NCBI GenBank assembly: GCA_044892525.1
Contig: CM097885.1
Location: forward strand, 48,920,001-48,984,000
Direction: 5' to 3'
Length of the DNA stretch: 64,000 nucleotides
Source of the DNA: Schmidtea polychroa
Taxonomy: Eukaryota
The first letter of the stretch is position 1; each line of letters opens with the position of its first letter. Below the pieces are notes generated by a model, which was given only the letters and a program-made list of their open reading frames with translations, was not told the origin of the DNA and did not search any database. The translations under genes and the position numbers were made by a program. Positions 37,548-50,318 of this stretch are shown here, piece after piece.

Positions 37548-37676
37548 GAATAATATCTTTTATGTTTTTGAAAGTGATGTATAAAAATAAACCAAAAGGT
37601 TTTTAGAAATCAACCTAACTTTTATAGATTTATGTGATTTTGAACATTTATCTTTGGTAAAGATTTGATTAATATA

Positions 37677-38253
37677 CAGTGATACCTCTCATAACGAACG
37701 CTGGACACAACTAATTTTCTCTTTGTCCATTACGCAACTCACATAATGAACCTCGCTTCACACAATGGACTGCATCGTATTTCATCTTGCCGCTATAATG
37801 CACCTATGTATCATGAAGTCACCCCTGCTGCTAAAGCTACACGCAGCCGGTGCACAGACTTACACGAATATGTATCAACGCGTGGTAGTCGTTCTTCTCT
37901 GTTCTTATCTCAAACTCAACTTAGGACAACAGGATCAACGATCTCCACAGTGACACACTTGCCTGTTATTTCCGGCAGGGGTTAAAGAAGAGAGAGAAAA
38001 AGACAACCTTGAAAAGGTTTTTAAGAAGCCTGCAGTCAAAAAGCAAAATGATGGAACAAGAGCACTTGACCCTTTAAGTTTAGGAAGACTCCAAAATCTG
38101 AATCTGACTAAAAAATCTTTTTTAAATAAATCTTTTTTTATGTCACAGTACCATATTTTAACATTTACTGTTATGGGAAAGCGCGTTTCAAATGACGAAC
38201 TCTTCGCATAACGAACTTGGAACGAATAAAGTACGTTATGCGAGGTATCATTT
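37677..38253. mobile_element. pogo/Tigger-type MITE
   Basis: TA|CAGTGATACCTCTCATAACG ... CGTTATGCGAGGTATCA inverted termini. Confidence 0.7.
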
Positions 38254-40104
38254 GGATGCGATGAACATTAGTTAACATTTGGTTTAAATTGTGACAATAA
38301 AATTTATTTTCTTTTAATTTTTTATTAACTTAAAAATATTGTGGTGGTGGAAATAAAATTATATACAATATATTCTCTATGAAATTTTAAAGATTCATCA
38401 AATAAATCTGGAAATAAAAAAATAATTATATTTTTCTCACCAAAGTTATCAGTACATCTAAAATTTTATTAAAATTAATTTATTCTAATTAAAAATAAAT
38501 TAAACATTTAATTTGTTTTAATGGGTATATTTTCCAATTTCTGATCCTATTTTTGGACATTTGAAATTATTAAAACAAGTTTTTTTTCACTCCCTAAAGA
38601 CAATCGTTTAAAATTAACTAGAAATTCTCCCATGTTCTAAAAATTCAATTTTAATAATAAAAATTATCAGACGAAGAAGTCTTAACACAGCCAGAGGTCA
38701 ACAACTTAATATTTTTAAACATTTTCAAAACACTAAATAATTAATTATCAATGAAAGTAAACAGATGTACCCCTTCCGAATCCTAATAAAGAAATGGGGA
38801 AAGGTTTTTTAAAGTAAAAGTAAAAACATTTTCCTTATGTCGTGGCGTAATCGAAATTTTGAATGAGAATAAAAGGTTTCCTTCTTCTAAATGAAATTCT
38901 ACAAGTTGACGCGTAAATACCTCATTATTAGGCATGATAGATTCGAGGAATTGAGACAAACTGTTGGATATCTTGGTTAGGATGTGTCCATATATGGAGA
39001 TACATTGTGTCGACTACATCTAAGTAAGAAGGAAATTCTCCTCCGGATATATACAGGAAATCCCCAACTACACAATTTACTAATTTCATTTAATTGTGTT
39101 TTTCAATCTGTTTATATTTTGTCCTTATTGATAAATAATCCTAATTTAGTTAATAATTGTTTTATTTCATTATTTAAATTTCTCTTGCTACGTGTTTCGA
39201 ATAAAATATGTTGAGGATGGCGATATGTGGAGAGGTGACAAAGACCAAACTATGTGAATGTGAATGATGAATAAAGTGTTAAATTAAGATTGAAAGCTTG
39301 AATGATGATATCATATCGATTCTAGTTTAGTGGGGGAAATGAAAGATCCCCTATATTCAGTCATACAGGAAATCTATATAGGTGCTTTTTCAATAAATAT
39401 TTCTTCCATTTGGACTGAAACATTTTCTAAAAGTATTATAAAACTGTTAGTCTATTATATTTTTCCATGTTCACAGTTATAGTATATGATCAATTAGTCG
39501 GTTTTCTATTTATACGAGAAATATTTATTTTTATTTTTTTGAATAAAGTGTTAAATTAAGATAAGAATTAAAAATAAATATTAGTATTTATTGTCGTTTT
39601 TGTTTTTATTTATCAGTTATATGATCAATTAGTCGGTTTTCTATTTATACGAGAAATATTTATTTTTATTTTTTTGATTGGTTATAAATAACCAAAATCA
39701 TATATTTTCGTGTTGTTTCCAGAGTACAACGCTGCTTCTTCACCACTATGTTGAATGAGTGATTGTTAGTAAACGGTGAGCTCACTCAAAAACGTAAGAA
39801 TTAAAAGAAAATCAAAGCTACATAACTCATTTAAATTTTATTATACGCAAAAATAAATTATTTATCACAATTTTCATTGACTTGCGATTGGACATATGTT
39901 GTTCCCCATTTCAGACTAAAATTCTGCATATCCCCGTTAACCAAATGTTCAAATTAATCAGTTAAATAGGCTTAACAATTTCAGTAAAGTTTCCATCTAT
40001 TTTGATTATTGTTTAACTACAAATAATTATCATGTTTAAAAATTTTATAAATTATGTTTGTCCCTATCATTACGAGAAATCAGATTGATTTTGTTTGCAG
40101 TGAA

Positions 40105-40200
40105 AAATTGGCTTCAGGTAGACGATCTTGTAAAAATAAACCTGATGTATTTTGCTACATCTGTAGTGAATATACTTTTATTGTTAACAGAAACCCAGTC
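40105..40200 (+). mobile_element. Chapaev3 transposase 5' fragment
   Basis: ASGRRSCKNKPDVFCYICSEY resembles the Chapaev N-terminal zinc finger C.N.PD.FCYICG. Confidence 0.65.
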
Positions 40201-40866
40201 CTACGTTTTAAGTTATAGAATATTGCTGTAAGCTCTAAGTATGTATGTATTCAAAATATTTATGTCCAGAAAAATTATTTTCATCTTTTTAGTCCACAAG
40301 AAAAACGTGGTATTTTAAAATGTTTTTTTACATATATTATTTTTCAAGTCTGGTAAGTGCCGAATATAGGCTGTGAAAAATCAATCAATGTGGAAGAATT
40401 ACAATACAAAATCAAGGATTTAAAAATTCAATCAATTACAGTTACTACTGATATTGAATCAATGGTTAATTTATATTAAATGTTTTAACGAACGGGAAAT
40501 ATTTACAGATTTGAAATATATAAAGTATAACACTATGTGTGTTAAAGTTGTGTGTTAATTTAAAAACATCGGTTTGTGAGTTGTTTGTTGAAGAAATTTT
40601 TAAAGATAATAAACCAATTATTGATGACATGGAATTTTACAATTTCTTCTTAAAATAAAGTTGCAATATCCATATTTGATTTTAATTGTTTATATGTGTG
40701 TATCAAAATTGATATATAACCATTGTTTCATTTAATTTGTAGTTAAGAATGGCAAAATTTGATCAGTTATTCTTAGACATTTATTTTTTTTAGAAAAACT
40801 AATGCAGATTTTAAGATGAAAGATGTTTGAACTCATTTATCGTCAATTGTAGACATTTAATAAATG

Positions 40867-40914
<48 letters not shown>

Positions 40915-40919
<5 letters not shown>

Positions 40920-41070
40920 GGTATTTTGTGCAAGTCGGTATTACTGTCTGACTCCTTTGTGTTCTTTTCGAAATTAAATAAACAACCCAACACAAAATTC
41001 TTTATTTGAGACTAATACAGTTTCACTTTGGTTACACTTTTTATTAATTCAACCACACAATATTTTCAAT
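40915..41070 (-). mobile_element. Truncated LTR 3' end abutting (TA)n
   Basis: Diverged reverse complement of 37400-37547. Confidence 0.7.
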
Positions 41071-42353
41071 TTATTATATATATAATATAATCGCAAATTA
41101 AAAATTTTGTGCTACGTAATCACCATTTTTAAAAAATTAAGGGGCGCGGGTTTCGGAATATAAGTACATAATATTTCTCTGTTATGTCTCCGTTATTCTG
41201 AAGTTCAACTAAGCATGTGATTTTTTTCAAAGTTTGTATACCACCATTATTATACGATGAGTTTTCGTATATTATTAACGAAAATTGCAAAAAAAGAATA
41301 CAGTTTTAACAAAATGTCACCTTCCGAACTAATTTTATAAAATTACTTATTATTATGCAATAACCAAAAGAAAATTTGTAAGAAAATTTAAGGTTTCTAT
41401 TATCAAATATTAGGTGACTTGATGTATTTAAAAATAAATATTAGTATTTATTGTCGTTTTTGTTTTTATTTATCAGTTATATTTTAAATTCGTAATGGAA
41501 GGTCACCTTTTTTAAGAATATAGATAAATGATTGCCATTTTAGGCATTTTACACAAATATTCATCTCAAAATCATAGTGGTACAATACATTTCAATTTCT
41601 TTTAAAAATCACACCCTAGTGCACACATCTGTTTACTTGCACGTTTGTTGTAAGGATTTTGATTTGAAGGGTCTGACCATGTTTTCAAAGTAACAATATG
41701 TAATAAGATATAATTCGGTATTAAAATGCAATATTTATTTATGACATATGTTGATTGGCCTTGATCGACTTGTTTGGTTTCTTTAACTTCAGCAAGTACT
41801 TCTGATGATTCGACTCCTTCGGCAACTTCAGTGATTTTGAGACATGTTTAAATTGAATTTTGAATTTCGGAAAGTAAAATTAAAGCGTATAGATAAACAA
41901 ATATATTTTGTTACACACGATATATAAATTAAATTTAATTCACTCTAAAATGGCTGAATGCAAAATATGAAAAGTTGTGTTGATTCTGTTGTTCTGTTGT
42001 GAAATGTTGTTAAATAGCATGTATATCTTATGAAATTGTTAATTTATTTGATGCCATTTTGCAGGGAATTTAATCTGTATATAACTAGTTTAAGTGAAAA
42101 TATTTCAAGTGTTTTAAAATTATATATAAATTCAAAAATAATCTACTAAAAATTAAATTTCAAAATTTTTATTAAAACTCATTAAAACAAGAATTTAATT
42201 TCAAGCAATAATCTTCAAAGTTATAAAAAATTAAAATTGATGACGATATTGTCGATTAAAACAAAAAAATAATAATTTTATACTATGTAGTTTCTATTTA
42301 AATAATATGTTAAAATTATTCATATCGGTTTTCCCCAAATATATTAATTTTTG

Positions 42354-42576
42354 ATTTTTCAATTTTTCAATAACTTTCTCAATTCAGTTATTATTTTTTG
42401 AATTTTGTTACAATGAGTCCTTCATTATATATATATATATATTGATGGGGTTATCTAGATTAAAATAAAATAAAGTTCATATACAGAAATCTGTGTGCAA
42501 AATAATGAAGGACTCATTGTAACAAAATTCAAAAAATAATAACTGAATTGAGAAAGTTATTGAAAAATTGAAAAAT
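42354..42576. repeat. Perfect inverted repeat (75-bp arms, 73-bp spacer)
   Basis: 42354-42428 is the exact reverse complement of 42502-42576. Confidence 0.9.
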
Positions 42577-43023
42577 ATATTTTGATAAAAATAAATTGAA
42601 AAAAAAGGCAGTGCCGAAAATTCGTGAGTATCAAAAAACATCGATATATAGTCTTCAAGCTCTCTTTTTAATAAAAAAAACTTTCAATCAATAATTTAAG
42701 TTGACAGAATAAGTTTATTGAAAATTAAATTAACCTATGTTTATTCAAACGAAAATCACATCACCAATACCAATTTATTCTCCAAAAAAAATTAAAATTA
42801 TTCTGCCACAGTAAATTCAATAAATAAATATTTCATGCCTGAAATGACAGATTTAAACTTTTATTTTTTATTATTTATTGCAAAAAATTCTTTAAGTTAG
42901 ATATCTTGTTGTTTGAATAATTAGGAATTTGCGGTTTTTGTGAATTAATTAAAACTTGTTATTTATAAATTATTTGATTAAATATATATTGTTAGTTTCA
43001 AGATTTTTGCTGCAAATTTAAAG

Positions 43024-44313
43024 ATGGATCTAAAGATGGATTTAACTGGCGACCACGCCGAAAATCAAAATATCAACGCCATTTCGAAATCGACAAAATC
43101 GCTAATGGAATGCCTACCGAAATCACTGAACATCAGACGATATGATGGACGAGGTTTAAAAGAAGCCGAAGAATGGATCAGAGATATAGAAGAATGGTTG
43201 CTGACAAATGGACAGCGATTGACAAGCATTTTCGATGTGTTATTAGTGGCAGAAGCAAAGACATTGTGGGGAAACGTCAGAGAAACAGAAACAACAGATG
43301 TAAAAGCCAAAGCGTGGTTCTTAAATACGTTCACAATTACAAAATCTATAAGTGACAAAATCAGAGAATTGGCAGCTATGGAACAGGAAGATGATGAAAG
43401 GTTTGCAGCTTTTGAGATACGGCTAAGAAAAGCTTTAGCTGAAGTTGTAAATTCAGGACGATCAGAAGAAGATATTGTTCAAGACCTCATCGCAAATAAA
43501 GCACGCGATGCGAGACTGCGGGAGATACTATTGACGAAACCAGAAACAAAAATTGAAGAAACGAGATCATTGGCGAAAATTTTTGAAAGTAACAAAAATG
43601 GAAACCATAAAACAGAATTTGTTAAAGCAATCGGTCAAAGAACATACGCTAGCGTGACTGAGGGAGGGCAGATGAGAATTCAACAGAATACCCAAAATCC
43701 CATGCCTAAATCACAACAAAGAAGGCAATCAGAAGACCGATTTAGTCACCACAGATCAGGAAGAGACGAATATCCTATACGCGGACCAATACAATATGAA
43801 GGAAATAACCATGGTCGTCGAGAACAATCTCCAAGAAAACAATTCTTGAGAAATGCGAGAATCCCGAATAGCTCAGAAAGGAAGCTGCCAACAATATCCA
43901 TGAAGAATATAGCAAGGAGGCTGTACAACGAAAGTAGAGGACTACCACAAGCATCGGTCCCAAAATTAACGGTAGGTGATTGTTTTTGCTGTGGCGAAAA
44001 GGGACACAGAAGGTATGAGTGCCCACTGGGAAATAAATGCCTGATATGTGGCAAGGAAGGTCACGGTTTCCGAGATTGTTTTTCGTTACGGAAAGAGGTT
44101 CCACACCGATATCAAAGGATAGCGTGCATAGAAGAAGAAGATTCAAAATCTGAAAGAAGAGATTACACCGAGAACAGCCAGGATTTCAGAACTGCTCACA
44201 GCGACATGGAAGATCGATACAATGTCCCTGAAAAATATACTATATTGAGAGAAGACGGAAAAAACAACAGCGACTCCATGGGTTTCATTTCGTCGGTCGA
44301 GTCAAGACAATAA
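43024..44313 (+). CDS. gag: Gag (429 aa) with two CCHC zinc knuckles
   Basis: Open ORF with CFCCGEKGHRRYEC and CLICGKEGHGFRDC. Confidence 0.9.
   Translation: MDLKMDLTGDHAENQNINAISKSTKSLMECLPKSLNIRRYDGRGLKEAEEWIRDIEEWLLTNGQRLTSIFDVLLVAEAKTLWGNVRETETTDVKAKAWFLNTFTITKSISDKIRELAAMEQEDDERFAAFEIRLRKALAEVVNSGRSEEDIVQDLIANKARDARLREILLTKPETKIEETRSLAKIFESNKNGNHKTEFVKAIGQRTYASVTEGGQMRIQQNTQNPMPKSQQRRQSEDRFSHHRSGRDEYPIRGPIQYEGNNHGRREQSPRKQFLRNARIPNSSERKLPTISMKNIARRLYNESRGLPQASVPKLTVGDCFCCGEKGHRRYECPLGNKCLICGKEGHGFRDCFSLRKEVPHRYQRIACIEEEDSKSERRDYTENSQDFRTAHSDMEDRYNVPEKYTILREDGKNNSDSMGFISSVESRQ
44259..44303 (+). promoter_or_regulatory. -1 programmed ribosomal frameshift signal
   Basis: Slippery heptamer A_AAA_AAC at 44259-44265 in the gag frame; pol is in the -1 frame and open from there to the protease; a potential GACTC..GAGTC stem starts 6 nt downstream. 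Confidence 0.75.
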
Positions 44314-47300
44314 ATTGTGAAATAAGAAATGAACGACGAAGAGGCGAGGCAGAAGAAGAGATGTACCAGACGAAAGATGGAAGAAATTGGAGTAAAATAA
44401 TGTTGAATAATGCCGAAACAGAGATGTTATGGGATTCTGGAGCATTAGTAACAGTCATGAGCAAGAGTTTGTGGGAGAAAATAGGCAAACCAGAACTTAA
44501 ACGTAGTATGATATTATTGTGCGGAGTTTTTTGAACTGGAGGTGAAGAAGCAATGGGATACATGACTATACCGGCCATATGGAATCAGAAGACCAAAATA
44601 ATCACAGTAGTAGTGGTAAAAGAGATCAAACCCGAATTCATAGGGGGCATTGATACAATGAAATTGTTTGGAGTAAAGTTAGTGAAAATCAATAATATAG
44701 AAACGTCATTGATAAACAAAATTTACACTGATGAAGAAAGAATAAATAAAGAACTAGTGGCGATGGCAGGTGACAATAATAAAGATATTGAAGGAATGAT
44801 CAGGGAATACGGCGGAATTTTTATGGCATCGAAATTCGATCTGGGATTTACAAACTTAGTTCGACATGAGATGCGGATAACAGGAGGCCCAATGATGCAA
44901 CATCCTCGACGTCAACCAATGCACATGGAGAAAAGGATTGAAGAACTGATAAAAGAGTTAATGAAAGCAAATGTTATTCGATGTTGCAAGAGTCCTTGGA
45001 ATGCCCCGTTAGTTATAGTAGGGAAGAAAGATGGATCTATCAGGATGTGTGTAGATTATCGTGGATTAAATTCCATAACAGAAAAAGAGTCATTTCCTAT
45101 GCCTAACACCAAATTCTTACTAGACTGTCTCGCGAATGCAAAAGTATTTTCGTCAATCGATTTAGGTCAGGCGTATTATCAAGTGGAGTTGGCTCCAGAA
45201 ATTCAAGAAATGACTGCATTCAGTACAAGAGAAGGACAATTTTGCTTCAATAGACTACCGTTTGGCTTAGCAACAGCTCCTGCGACATTCCAGAGACTGA
45301 TGCACACAGTGCTAGAAGGAATGCTATTCAAGGGAGTTGTAGTTTATCTAGATGATATCTTGGTATATGGTAAAAGTCAAAAAGACCACGATGAGCTATT
45401 AAGGAAAATATTCAGAAGAATTAAATTGGCAGGACTGAAGATAAATCCAGAAAAATGCAAATTCAATAAAACAGAATTGTGTTTCCTTGGTCACACAATT
45501 AACGAGAAGGGTATCCAGACAAACAGGAAGAAAGTGGAAGAGATCGAGAAAGCAGAAGTACCAAAATGTTCAAAACAATTGAGATCGTTTCTCGGATTAA
45601 CGAACTACTATAGAAGATTCATCAAAGACTATGCCAAAATCGCCGAACCATTATACGCTGCAACATCTGGATGCGATAAAGATATAAATTGGACTAAAGA
45701 ATGCAATGAGAGCTTCCAAACTCTGAAGAGACGGTTGTGCGAAGCACCTATCCTTGATTTTCCAAGAGAAGATAGGACTTTTATCTTAGACACAGACGCT
45801 AGTTTCGGAGCCATTGGTGCAGTTTTGAGTCAAATTACAGAAGATGGAGAAGAATCTGTCATAGCTTATGGCTCGAGACATATGTCATCACATGAAAAGG
45901 GATACTGTGTAACCAGGAAAGAACTGCTCGCCGTACATGAATACGTCATGCATTTTAGAGAATATCTGTACGGGAAAAAATTCATAAATCGCACCGACCA
46001 CAAGGCATTGGTTTTCATGAACACTACAAAAACGCCAATCAGTCCGCAATTCCAAACATGGTTAGCTAACCTGTCGGAATATGATTTTGAACTAAAATAT
46101 CGGAAAGGCGAAGAACACTCAAATGCAGATGGACTATCAAGATTAAAAAGTATGGTTTGCACCCAGTGTCAAACAAGACATGAAGAAGCTAAGGAAGGAA
46201 AATCAAAAATTAGATATATATATACTATCCAAAGAACAGAAGCTATGGAAAAAGTATGGGAACAACAACAAAAGGACATTCGGTTTCGAGAGCTGCGAGA
46301 GATATTTGAAAATGGATGTACACGGGAGAAAAAGAATTGTTTTCCTTTTAACGTAAAAAATGCACAAATTGATGGAGGATTAATAACAGTAGAAAAGAAC
46401 AAAAATATCTTAAGGTTAGTCCCAGAAACATTTGCAGGCCTGTTAACAACAACGCTACATGAAGAACTATGTCACATTGGAGTTAAGAAATTATTTCATT
46501 ATATGGAAAAGATATTTTATTGGCCGAAAATGGAAGAAACAATCCAACTCTGTTTACAATGTTGCGAGATCTGCTCTAAGAGAAAGATCGATCAGACAAG
46601 AACCAAGGAAACATTTATTCCTAGATATAGCTCTGAATTCCTAGAACAGATTGTTATAGATGTGGCTTACATGGAAATAAACGCCAAAAGAAATATATGG
46701 TAGTAATGGTGGACCGTTTTAGCAAACTGATTTCTTTAACTGCAATCACAAAGCAAGACGAAGGGACCATTTTCAAAACAATACTTAATAGTTGGATCTA
46801 TCGATTTGGAAAACCGAAGAGTATTTTAACAGATAGAGGCCGAAATTTCGAAGGGAATTTCCTAAGACAGAAGCTACAGAAACTTGGAATCAAACAGGAA
46901 TTCAGCTCACCTTATCAGCACCAATAAAATGGTTTAGCCTAAAGAGCCATACGAACGATAAGAGATCTTATTACAGCAACATTGGCAGGCGGATGTGAAG
47001 AGAGAAACTGGCACGAACTTCTACCCAGAATAGAGTTCACTGTAAATAGCAGTCGACAAAGTGCTACAGGTTTATCATCATTTGAGATAATTTATGGACG
47101 GAGTGTTAACCTACACTCTAACCTGAAACAAGCCGAGATATCAAGAAGCGAAAGAATCGAAGACGCGAGATTTAACTCGAGTAAAGCCGCAGACACTATG
47201 AGAGCTATGGATAAGACAAAGAGGGCCACTCGTGTTTTCGAGGTGGGGGAGGAGGTACTCGTACGTAAAGAGCCGCAGAACAGGCACAAGGATGGTATGC

Positions 47301-47419
47301 AATACGATGGCCCATATAAAATCGCCAGATTTCTATCACCTCATCGAGTCGAACTACATTCACAAGAAGGAACGAAAGAAAGAAGAATCGAGTGGCTGAA
47401 GAAGTGGAAAAAGTCTTAA
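44265..47419 (+). pseudogene. pol: Pol (protease, RT, RNase H, integrase), disrupted
   Basis: LWDSGA protease; RMCVDYRGLN and YLDD RT; LDTDAS RNase H; HHCC, DRFSK, TDRG and GPY integrase. In-frame TGA at 44532, frameshift near 46690, two TAA near 46925 and 46940. Confidence 0.93.
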
Positions 47420-48451
47420 GAAGGGGAGAGTTAGATATCTTGTTGTTTGAATAATTAGGAATTTGCGGTTTTTGTGAATTAATTAAAACTTGTTATTTAT
47501 AAATTATTTGATTAAATATATATTGTTAGTTTCAAGATTTTTCCTGCAAATTTAAAGATGGATCTAAAGATGGATTTAACTCTTTATATATTTCATTTTA
47601 GAAAATTTTTAATTTATAAAATAATCTAATTTTAATATAAGTTGAAGAGAAATAAACAAAATGTAAATAATAAAAATCCTTTAATTTTAGTTCACCTGTC
47701 ATCTGTTTTTGTTTTCTTTTAACATCTCATTTATTTTCACAATGACTATAGAAAAAATTTGTGTTACATAAGAAAATATTGATCTGAAGTCATAATGAAA
47801 ATAAATGAAATGCTAAAAAATTAAAGTTCCATATGAAGGAAAATTATATTATTTTGTAAAAGTAATTGCAAAGAAATGTACTCTATAAAGTGCATTATCG
47901 CTCTGGCTTTAAATCATTCACCTTGGTTTAATATATAGTAAAATTATTCAATTTAAATAAATATTCGCAAACCGGAAGAAAGTAATATATAGTTAATATC
48001 TGTATAGATGGAGATATATCGTTTATGATAATTCAACCTTACAGCCACATTCAATATTATCATTGATGTTTATTCCGATAATAATTGATTATTTTGATAA
48101 TATTCTCGAACATGTATTAAATTTTAAGCAATAAAGAGAAAATATCATATAGTATGGATTGATTAATATAAAAAATGAATGAGTATAAATTTTAGTGGAT
48201 AATCTCATATATTTGTTTTTTCAACTTTATTTATAAACTATATAGAAATCAATACTTAGAATAATCTTAAAAAACTAATAAACTTTCAAAATGCTTCAAA
48301 AACTCATTTGACACGACATTTCCATAAATAATATAATGATTTCTGATATAATGTCATAGTGTCGTAAGAGACAAACTAGTGGAGAATACCCGCTGTTTTT
48401 GAGTAAAGACAGTGGATTAGAATGGTTGAAAACAATTGATCGAATTGCTTA

Positions 48452-50318
48452 TGTTGGGCTAGAAGCGAGAATCGAGAGCTTGTTTTAATGAATCAAAAAT
48501 ATATAACATGAAAATCGCACAAAGTTAAATTAAAACACCAATCAATACAAATTAAAGTACATAACGCATTGATGATAAATAAGACACGGGTAATAAAATA
48601 AAGGAAGCAAAAAAGTCACGATCACTAACACAATTAGGAGAAACATCATATTCGGAATAGCTAACAACTAAAAAATAAAATAATAATAAATAAAATAATG
48701 GGCAATAAATTAATTAATAATATGAAAAATTTCTAAATAAATAAATTAAAAATTTTAAATAAAATATCTAGTAAACTGATAAAATTATAAAAAGTAGAAT
48801 TAAAGTAGAAAAATTAGATGGATTATAAAATTTATAAAACCAGATTGTTTAAATCATTGAAACTAAAATAAAATTAACTAAATTTATTTAAATTATAAAA
48901 CTTATAAAACTAAATTAAAATTAGCAAAAACTATTTAAATTATAGAATTTATAAAAATAAATCTTAAAAATTAATAAAAATTAGAATTTTGATTAATTAA
49001 ATTAAATAAATTTAAAAATAAATAATTGCACACATTCACGCATGCATGTAAAATTAAGCAGAATTGCCTCGCATTCTAATTAGATATAGTAGCAGAGAAT
49101 GCGTAGGCGTACAATTCAATCAGTATAAATACGGATTGAAATTTCAGTTGTTCAACTTGTTGTTAAACTTATTCAACTGGTTCAACTTGTTCAATCAGAA
49201 ATTTACCAGACGTTATCAGGAGCTCTCAATTTTCGGTGTATGCCATCGCGGTAAGGTAAATTTGATTATTTTTGTATGTTAGATGTAATTTTGTTAAGTT
49301 TGATGTTAGCTAATTTTTTTAAGTAATAAACATTTTTGAATGGAAGTTGTTTTTCATTTATATTGATATTTTATTCATTTATTTTTCTGTTGTTCGTTAA
49401 GTGTAATGTTATATAATTTTATGAATTAATAAAATTTTAAATAGAAGTTAATTTTAGTTAATATTTTAATAATAAATAGTTAGACTCGGTTATAATTTTA
49501 TTAATAATTGTAGTTGAATTGATTTATAATAGATTTATGTGTCGATGCACTAGATTCAGCGGAATAGTTGTGAACTGATGACATTCATGTCGTTGGTCAG
49601 CAGATGTTTCGTCAGTTTGGTCCATCTGATAGTTTATGGCCTGGTTAAGGTTTAGATAGTACAGGATGGCTCAGTCACATTTAATTTCAGAGATATCACT
49701 GAGTTAGGAGAAATAATAGGATAGTTACGACCAGTTGTCTGTAGATGAAGTAAGCTTAGGCAATCTTATAGAAACCACGAATAGTTAAGATACCCGATAG
49801 TTCAGGATTAGAGATACAGGCAGATCCCTGCTAAAATTTTTATGGGGAGTGTGGAAACATGTTTATCAACCTGGTAATAGGGGCCGCGAAAATATGGAAC
49901 TACATTTATCGACAAATGTTATAGAAAACATATAATGATTTACGACAGAAAAATAAGGGCGCATCCTTGCACAAAATTTTGAAAAGGAACAATAGAAAAC
50001 ATCCCGAAATGAGGACCATAGTTGAATAAAATAGAAAAGTAGAAAGTAGAAATAGAAAATGACTAATGACCTAAGACCTTCCATCAGTCGTCTAGAACCC
50101 GAAGAGAAAATACAATGGGGAGTAGTTTTAGCAATAGAGCTCACCTGCTCATTGTTTTTTCGCCTTTGTGTACAGTACCAACATGGTCGTCGCCATGGGT
50201 ACACAAATGGTAAAATGAACAATAGTCATGGAGGTGCTTAGGAAAGAGTCGAGTGAATACCTATGTTTACCCCTAACGTATCTAAAATTTAAAATGACAC
50301 ACCCCTAAGTACCCAACA
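48452..50318. mobile_element. Solo LTR (1.87 kb)
   Basis: TGTTGGG..CCCAACA termini with perfect 4-bp TSD CTTA; no coding potential. Confidence 0.8.

Larger units (their letters stand above)
42895..47581 (+). mobile_element. Full-length Ty3/gypsy LTR retrotransposon (4.7 kb)
   Basis: 153-bp LTRs (42895-43047 and 47429-47581; 1 mismatch) with AGTTA..TAACT ends, 5-bp TSD CTTTA, PBS TGGCGACCAC, PPT AAGAAGGGGAG; gag followed by PR-RT-RH-IN order. Confidence 0.97.

Noticed and set aside
44532..44534. TGA between protease and RT as programmed readthrough
   Set aside because: It lies inside the protease region and other nonsense codons occur downstream; simple mutation is more likely.
43065..47289. 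Antisense and alternate-frame ORFs in the gypsy element
   Set aside because: Shadow ORFs of gag and pol; no motifs.
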